This document shows, in pieces, positions 58,698 through 64,000 of a DNA stretch of 64,000 nucleotides. The position numbers were made by a program, and so were the translations under genes. The notes under the pieces were generated by a model. That model was not told where the DNA came from and did no database searches. It was given only the letters and a program-made list of their open reading frames with translations. The DNA lies in contig CAYGKO010000002.1 in assembly GCA_964350735.1 (NCBI GenBank), forward strand, positions 90,134-154,133, in the 5' to 3' direction. This DNA is from an uncultured Candidatus Saccharibacteria bacterium (GTDB lineage: Bacteria; Patescibacteriota; Minisyncoccia; Phycocordibacterales; UBA918). Within the stretch, counting starts at the first letter, position 1. Each line of letters starts with the position of its first letter.

Positions 58698-59399
58698 TTA
58701 ATCACGACTAGTTTCTGTATTGCCATACCACTTAACTAGTTCATCTAATGAAATCACGGCTGTATCGTCCTCTACCCGGAAGTGAAGTTTCTTAAAAATT
58801 TCTGGCTGTGATCGTATCAAGAATGACTTTGCAACAATAGTATCCACTTCATCCAGAAATCCTAAGGTAGTCAGCCGGTGAGCCAACACTCCCATAGCCT
58901 CATGAAATTCAGCCGCCACTTCCAAAATGTTTTTCTCCCCAGGATCCACTGGCTTCATGTGGATTTTAACCATATTTGGTTCAAAATCATATTCAAAAGT
59001 GAATAATTCTGACAACCGAGCCCAGTTCTCCACTGTCTCAGTATCAATAGCACCGTTTGCTAATGCAACCACCTCTGCTAAAGTAAGATTTTTGTTGAAA
59101 AATGATGCCAACTCACTCGACACTTGCTGAATTACTGTTTTTAAATAGTCAGCAGTTTCAATGTCAGTATCATCAATCTTATCGACTAATTTCTGCAATT
59201 CGCTCGCCAACTGTGCGCGACCAAGATTATTAAGTTCATCAATTAACAAATAAACCTCAGCTCCTAGCACTTCAGGCGCATTTTGTATGTCCGCGATTAC
59301 AGAAGAATGGCTCAGTACACTGTCTGCAATAACATATTCCCAATACTCTGGTGAATCAACATTCAGACCAGAATTTGGCTGCTCAATCTTTTCTTTCAT
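58698..59399 (-). CDS. Hypothetical protein (paralog of 60070..60723)
   Basis: C-terminal motif LAHRL...AKSFLI...PEIFKKLHF. Confidence 0.75.
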   Translation of the reverse strand: MKEKIEQPNSGLNVDSPEYWEYVIADSVLSHSSVIADIQNAPEVLGAEVYLLIDELNNLGRAQLASELQKLVDKIDDTDIETADYLKTVIQQVSSELASFFNKNLTLAEVVALANGAIDTETVENWARLSELFTFEYDFEPNMVKIHMKPVDPGEKNILEVAAEFHEAMGVLAHRLTTLGFLDEVDTIVAKSFLIRSQPEIFKKLHFRVEDDTAVISLDELVKWYGNTETSRD

Positions 59400-59503
59400 T
59401 CATAGATTTTATCATGGCTGACACTTATTGACTTATAGCATATTTTATGTTATAAAATAACATCCTTGAGAATTCCTCTCGAGGTGTTAAAAGGAGAGGT
59501 GTC

Positions 59504-59878
59504 ATGCGCACCAGAGTACTAGTCTGTTCCTACATCGACAACCATCACGGAACAGGTGGCTTCGCGATCATCAACGGAGTCCCGTTTTTGATTCACGAAA
59601 ACAGGCATGTCGAATTCGAGATGCAAACTGAGACTGCTTCTAAAATGTGGGTCGAGCGTTGCCAGATGGGTGACATTCCGACCTGGGAAGTATTTTCCGC
59701 CTGGTTTGAATACGCCGGACCTGGCACCGACGAGCACGGGAAGAAAATTGATGTTACCCTCGCTGTCGCTCGGATCTTATTCGAGCATGAGTGGCACCAA
59801 GATTATCCCTTACTTAAATCGACACCGCCTCCGGGCACCGTCGAACGACTAGACAATGAAGTCACTGTCAGCGACTAG
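59504..59878 (+). CDS. Orphan hypothetical protein
   Basis: TTGACT-17-TATAAA promoter and AAAGGAGAGG SD. Confidence 0.65.
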   Translation: MRTRVLVCSYIDNHHGTGGFAIINGVPFLIHENRHVEFEMQTETASKMWVERCQMGDIPTWEVFSAWFEYAGPGTDEHGKKIDVTLAVARILFEHEWHQDYPLLKSTPPPGTVERLDNEVTVSD

Positions 59879-60069
59879 TCACACGATCTTCATATAAAAG
59901 CCCATCGAAGTATCTGCACCACAGGGTGCGAGTGAGCGTACGCTCAACGTCTCGTTGACGAGACAGTGAATGTGATGGTTTGTCACTACCAAAACAAACC
60001 ACGGTCCACGCGACCATGCCTGACATTAGCGAAAGCTTCTGGAGGGTATTTTTATTTATGGACACTTCC

Positions 60070-60723
60070 CTACTTTTTATACTTCTCAATAAAATCTTTA
60101 GTGCTTACTGAGGCTTTCCAGAACTCTTCATTATCAACTGTAAAGCCGAGTTTGCGAAAAATATTTGGGTTTTGAGCCACTAAATAAGAAGATGCTTTAA
60201 TTTCTGCCACCTCTTTAAATGACTGGTGGCTTTGCAGACGCTCAGCCAGAATGTGAAGACCTTCAAATACAAGACGCATAGATTCTTCAGCCCCTCTGCT
60301 TGCCAAGGCCATTACGTGCAAGTACACGACTGATGAACCTTCCTTGCTTGGAGTCACATGAAGGGCTTCGTTCAATACAAAACCAAGAACCTGCTCAGCT
60401 TCCCGACGATCACTTCTACCTTCTGAATCAATCTTTTCAAGTTCAGCTAAAGTAAAATTAGCTTTCAGGAATTTCTGTAGTAATTTTGCTGCTGCCAACG
60501 GGACATCATCTTCTTCAGTCTGTTCGATAGCAGTGATTAAATCTGCAAAATCTAATTCCGGCGGTGCTGTTGCCTCTAAGTGTTTTTTGAGACTTTGCGC
60601 GACAACAGCTGGTGTTCGATCACCAATTTTAAGACCTTTGGGTAGCTGAGTAACAACTTTATCTAGCAAATAACCAATACCAAATAAACCAACATCTTTT
60701 TCTGATTTTACTCCTTCTTGCAT
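60070..60723 (-). CDS. Hypothetical protein (paralog of 58698..59399)
   Basis: ATG 60723 follows TGATAATCT. Motif LAERL...ASSYLV...PNIFRKLGF. Confidence 0.75.
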   Translation of the reverse strand: MQEGVKSEKDVGLFGIGYLLDKVVTQLPKGLKIGDRTPAVVAQSLKKHLEATAPPELDFADLITAIEQTEEDDVPLAAAKLLQKFLKANFTLAELEKIDSEGRSDRREAEQVLGFVLNEALHVTPSKEGSSVVYLHVMALASRGAEESMRLVFEGLHILAERLQSHQSFKEVAEIKASSYLVAQNPNIFRKLGFTVDNEEFWKASVSTKDFIEKYKK

Positions 60724-60772
60724 GTCGATAAGATTATCATATCTAGAAAATGATGCGCTATAATACTCAAGT

Positions 60773-62722
60773 ATGAAAGGAGGTTCTTCACGCTCTTTAG
60801 TGATAAAAAGTGCCGATGCTAAAAAGCCGCAACGTAAAGCGGTGAAGAAAGCTGTGCGCAAAAAAGTGATCACTAAAAAAGCAACTCCTAAAACTCCGAA
60901 GCCAGTAGTGAAAAAAACTACCAAGAAAGTAACTCGTAAAGTTACTAAAAAAGTGCCAAAGAAAAAGGTCGTAAAAACTACCAGTACCGCTAAGCCAGTA
61001 CGCCGAGATGAACTCAAAGGACTCAAGCGTGAGCCATTAGGACACCTTTTGATGGAACAATTACTTCAAGAAGCTGGCTTCCGCGGAGTGGTGTCGACTG
61101 ATAAACACTTACTTGATTCGTACAGTACTGACGAAAGTATTTTTGCCGTCCGGCCACAAGTAGTTTTACAGCCACGACACCAAAAGGATGTCGAGACGGC
61201 AGTGCGAGTGATCGCCGAGCAGACCGAGAAGTTTCCCTCTCTTTCCCTGACGCCCCGCGCAGCTGGGACAGGGCTCTCGGGCGGCTCACTCACTGACTCG
61301 CTCGTGATTGATGTGTCTAAGTTTATGCATCAAATCGGGCAAGTAGTACCAAAGAGCGATGGTGCCACTATTTCCTGTAGTCCAGGCGCGATGTGGCGCG
61401 ATGTCGAGAAAGCGCTGAAGAAGCACAATGTCTACATCCCTTCCTTCCCGGCTTCGAAGGACATCTGTACCGTCGGTGGTGCAGTTGGTAACAACGCTGC
61501 TGGTCCTGATTCACTGCGTTACGGACACACCGCGAGCTGGGTACAATCACTCGATATTACCCTACACGATGGTCAGACCTACACCGTCGCCCCCATGACC
61601 TACAAAGAGTTCCAAACTCTGACCAAAAAGAAACATGCCTTCGCCACAATTGCAGCCGAAGTATTCCAGCTCATCGCCAAGAACGAAGCCGAGGTCAAAA
61701 AAGCTAAGCCTCATACCAAGAAAAACTCCGCCGGCTACGCCCTCTGGAACGTACTCAACGGCACCGTTGCAGACTTTAAAAAAGGCAAAGCCACCATGGA
61801 CCTCACCCGTCTAATCTCTGGTAGCCAAGGTACCATTGGAGTCATCACCTCAGTCACTATGAAAGCGATCCCGATCGCCAAGAATACTGAACTGATTGCA
61901 ATCCCGATCTTCAATCTAGCTGACGCTGGTAGTGTGGTAGTAGAAGCGCTCAAGTACGACCCTATCAACGTGGAAGTTTTTGATGGGCTGTCATTCGACC
62001 TGGCGCTCAAGAATCCCGACTTTTTCAAAGATCGCATCAAAGGTTCAGAGTACTATCGTGTCCTCTTGTCTATGTACACCACGTATCACATTCGCTTCAA
62101 ACGAAAGATTCCTGAGTTCACTCTACTCGTTACCGTCGATCAAACTGCCCTTGAAGCGCATGGTGCCCAAAATATCGTCGACAAAATCAAAGCCGCCGGT
62201 GGTGACAAAGCGCGGCTGGTAAAGAATCCGATCGAGCGAGAAATGTACTGGCAAATCCGTCGGGCTAGTTATTCTCTATCTAAATTCCAAGACCCGAACA
62301 AACGCCCCGCTGCCTTCCTTGAAGACATGACGGTTCCACCAAAAAACCTGGCGAAGTTCTTTATGGAGATCAAACAGCTCCTCAAAAAATACAACGTCAC
62401 CGCAGCGGTGCACGGCCATGGTGGTAACGGACACTTCCACTTCTATCCCCTGCTTGATTTCACTAAACAAGGCACGGCGGATATGGTAGAAAAAATGTCC
62501 GAAGAATTTTTCAATACTGCCATTAAATACGACGGCAACATCTGTGGTGAGCACAACGACGGTATCATCCGCACCCCACATCTATCCAAGATGTTCACCA
62601 AGAAAACCCTCGACCTCTTTAAGGCTGTCGAACACCTGTTTGACCCCCAAGACATCTTCAACCCCGGCAAGAAAGTGAATCCAAGATTTGATATCAAAGA
62701 AACCCTCAGAAAAACCAACTAG
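60773..62722 (+). CDS. FAD-binding oxidoreductase (GlcD/D-lactate dehydrogenase-like) with Lys-rich N-tail
   Basis: RAAGTGLSGGS, TVGGAVGNNAAG, GSQGTIG, HGGNGHFH, GEHNDG and FDP..IFNPGK. Confidence 0.92.
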   Translation: MKGGSSRSLVIKSADAKKPQRKAVKKAVRKKVITKKATPKTPKPVVKKTTKKVTRKVTKKVPKKKVVKTTSTAKPVRRDELKGLKREPLGHLLMEQLLQEAGFRGVVSTDKHLLDSYSTDESIFAVRPQVVLQPRHQKDVETAVRVIAEQTEKFPSLSLTPRAAGTGLSGGSLTDSLVIDVSKFMHQIGQVVPKSDGATISCSPGAMWRDVEKALKKHNVYIPSFPASKDICTVGGAVGNNAAGPDSLRYGHTASWVQSLDITLHDGQTYTVAPMTYKEFQTLTKKKHAFATIAAEVFQLIAKNEAEVKKAKPHTKKNSAGYALWNVLNGTVADFKKGKATMDLTRLISGSQGTIGVITSVTMKAIPIAKNTELIAIPIFNLADAGSVVVEALKYDPINVEVFDGLSFDLALKNPDFFKDRIKGSEYYRVLLSMYTTYHIRFKRKIPEFTLLVTVDQTALEAHGAQNIVDKIKAAGGDKARLVKNPIEREMYWQIRRASYSLSKFQDPNKRPAAFLEDMTVPPKNLAKFFMEIKQLLKKYNVTAAVHGHGGNGHFHFYPLLDFTKQGTADMVEKMSEEFFNTAIKYDGNICGEHNDGIIRTPHLSKMFTKKTLDLFKAVEHLFDPQDIFNPGKKVNPRFDIKETLRKTN

Positions 62723-62786
62723 TCAATTGTGACAACAACTATACTGGGTAAATTTGTTAAATCGCGCCAACCAGGAGGATCTAGTT

Positions 62787-63083
62787 ATGCGATTCGCTCT
62801 TTTGCTCTTTTGCCTCTTATTTTCCGCCCCAGTCGCTACCGCACACGAGTGGTACGAATACGTATGCTGCAGCGACCAAGACTGCACACAAACCCAAGCC
62901 GAACATATCAAATGGGAAAAAGGTCAATATTACATCTTGTTAGGAAAAACGTGGGAGCCTATCCCTCAGTCAGTTGTCCGTATGAAACCTCATCATGCGC
63001 CAAAAGACGGAAGCTATCACATATGCATTAACCAAGAAACTGGTGAAATGCTTTGCTTCTACATACCCAGCGGGCAAGTCTGA
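62787..63083 (+). CDS. Small secreted Cys-rich orphan protein
   Basis: AGGAGG SD, signal peptide, and AHEWY..CC..DC...DG.YH.C...CF.P. Confidence 0.75.
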   Translation: MRFALLLFCLLFSAPVATAHEWYEYVCCSDQDCTQTQAEHIKWEKGQYYILLGKTWEPIPQSVVRMKPHHAPKDGSYHICINQETGEMLCFYIPSGQV

Positions 63084-63145
63084 TCGCCAACGGAAGATGC
63101 TTTGTGCTATAAACGTCTTTGGGCGGTCTTTTGTTTTCTCTCGCT

Positions 63146-63592
63146 CTACTTCAGTTTGATTTTAATCAAATTGAACAGTTCGGCTTGAGTTTTTAGTGCC
63201 TTGGCATTATTAGCTATGAAAGCATCATTTTCTAACTTAAGAAAATCTTCGTAAAAAGTGACCGTTGCAAAAGCTAATTTTCCTTTATGGGCAGTCAAAG
63301 TGTGCTCACTGCAAGGGTCACAATCCTTCTGCACTTCCCCTGCTTTAGGTAATTTTTTCAATAATCTAACGATCTCTGCAATCTCTGCTGTTCGACCAAT
63401 ATGATGCATCTGTGCGTCAAAATTATCACGGTCACAATTTTTCGCTGACACCACAATTTCATCGGCTCCCTCAAAATCCAAGGTATACACTGGAGGCGCT
63501 GCTTCAGCTCGACGTATCTCCGCCTGCTTTTCCACGTCCGTCAATTCCTTTTTCTTTGCTTTTCCAAACAAGCGCCCGATAAATGAAAACAT
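63146..63592 (-). CDS. Hypothetical protein
   Basis: 148-aa ATG ORF with an amphipathic N-terminus (MFSFIGRLFGK). Confidence 0.65.
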   Translation of the reverse strand: MFSFIGRLFGKAKKKELTDVEKQAEIRRAEAAPPVYTLDFEGADEIVVSAKNCDRDNFDAQMHHIGRTAEIAEIVRLLKKLPKAGEVQKDCDPCSEHTLTAHKGKLAFATVTFYEDFLKLENDAFIANNAKALKTQAELFNLIKIKLK

Positions 63593-63760
63593 TATAAAAA
63601 TTTAAAATATAAACCCTCGTTACACACTATCGTATCACGATACCAACATTGAGTTTATCCCTACATTTGGTACTATTTGGCGCACAGTCTGTTTGAGTTT
63701 ATCGAACGGTCTACCACCAGAGCATTTCCATTTTTATACTCCTGGTGGTCATTAAAAAAT

Positions 63761-63832
63761 GGTCCCATCGTCTAACGGCTAGGACACATGGTTCTCATCC
63801 ATGAAATCGGGGTTCGATTCCCCGTGGGATCA
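63761..63832 (+). tRNA. tRNA-Glu (anticodon CTC), CCA not encoded
   Basis: Acceptor GGTCCCA/TGGGATC, anticodon arm CATGG-TTCTCAT-CCATG and T-arm CGGGG-TTCGATT-CCCCG. Confidence 0.95.
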
Positions 63833-64000
63833 CAAACAGATACAAGTCGCTTTTTAAACGGCTTCATTCCCACAGTAAGCTTATATTTCAACATATTTTC
63901 GGACATAAGCAGTTCGGAAAAGATAATTCGTGTGATTTTCTCTCGTTCGGCTGTATTTGCGTGTTCGTAATACATACCAATGTTTTCTAGCAGTTCGGAA
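63772..64000 (-). mobile_element. 3' end of a probable site-specific (large serine) recombinase reading into the tRNA; likely edge of an integrated element
   Basis: The frame is open beyond the window edge (SELLENIGMYYEHANTAEREKITRIIFSELL...) and ends antisense inside tRNA-Glu. The catalytic domain is not visible. Confidence 0.5.

Noticed and set aside
60724-61026. Hydrophobic N-terminal extension of ORF 60070..61026
   Set aside because: It is the antisense of the Lys-rich tail (AAA/AAG read as Phe/Leu). The true start is likely 60723.
1-64000. Recoded genetic code (TGA=Gly), rRNA, IS transposases, defence systems, DGR or retron
   Set aside because: Conserved genes are intact under code 11 and some end in TGA (scpB, recR). 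No rRNA, transposase, reverse transcriptase or defence motifs were recognised.

Overview
This is a gene-dense, genetic-code-11 bacterial chromosomal segment. Gene content and style suggest Patescibacteria/CPR, Parcubacteria-like (inference). It is mostly housekeeping: trpS, aspS, gltX, cysS, scpA/scpB, mraY-ftsW-murG, zwf-gnd-pgl, pgi, lexA, ung, rpmA, rplI, rplU, dnaB, recR, rmuC, truB, msrAB and ion transporters. It ends in a tRNA-Glu(CTC) overlapped by the 3' end of a probable recombinase. Highlights: (1) a very small T-box riboswitch (ultrashort Stem I with an apical GAC/Asp specifier, no Stem II) upstream of an unknown ORF plus aspS; (2) an AT-rich four-gene module (EamA exporter, Cys-rich membrane protein, unknown 276-aa protein, multi-TM histidine kinase) that may be a signalling system; (3) a cluster of three dif-like sites at a convergent gene junction; (4) a perfect GAAC-N4-GTTC operator in the promoter of a small ORF-lexA-HD unit; (5) a lysozyme-like gene with a structured leader and probable ATT start; (6) two expression architectures, with apparently leaderless core genes and interspersed, partly decayed orphan cassettes carrying their own promoter, SD and terminator. 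All product calls come from motif recognition by eye; no database searches were run.
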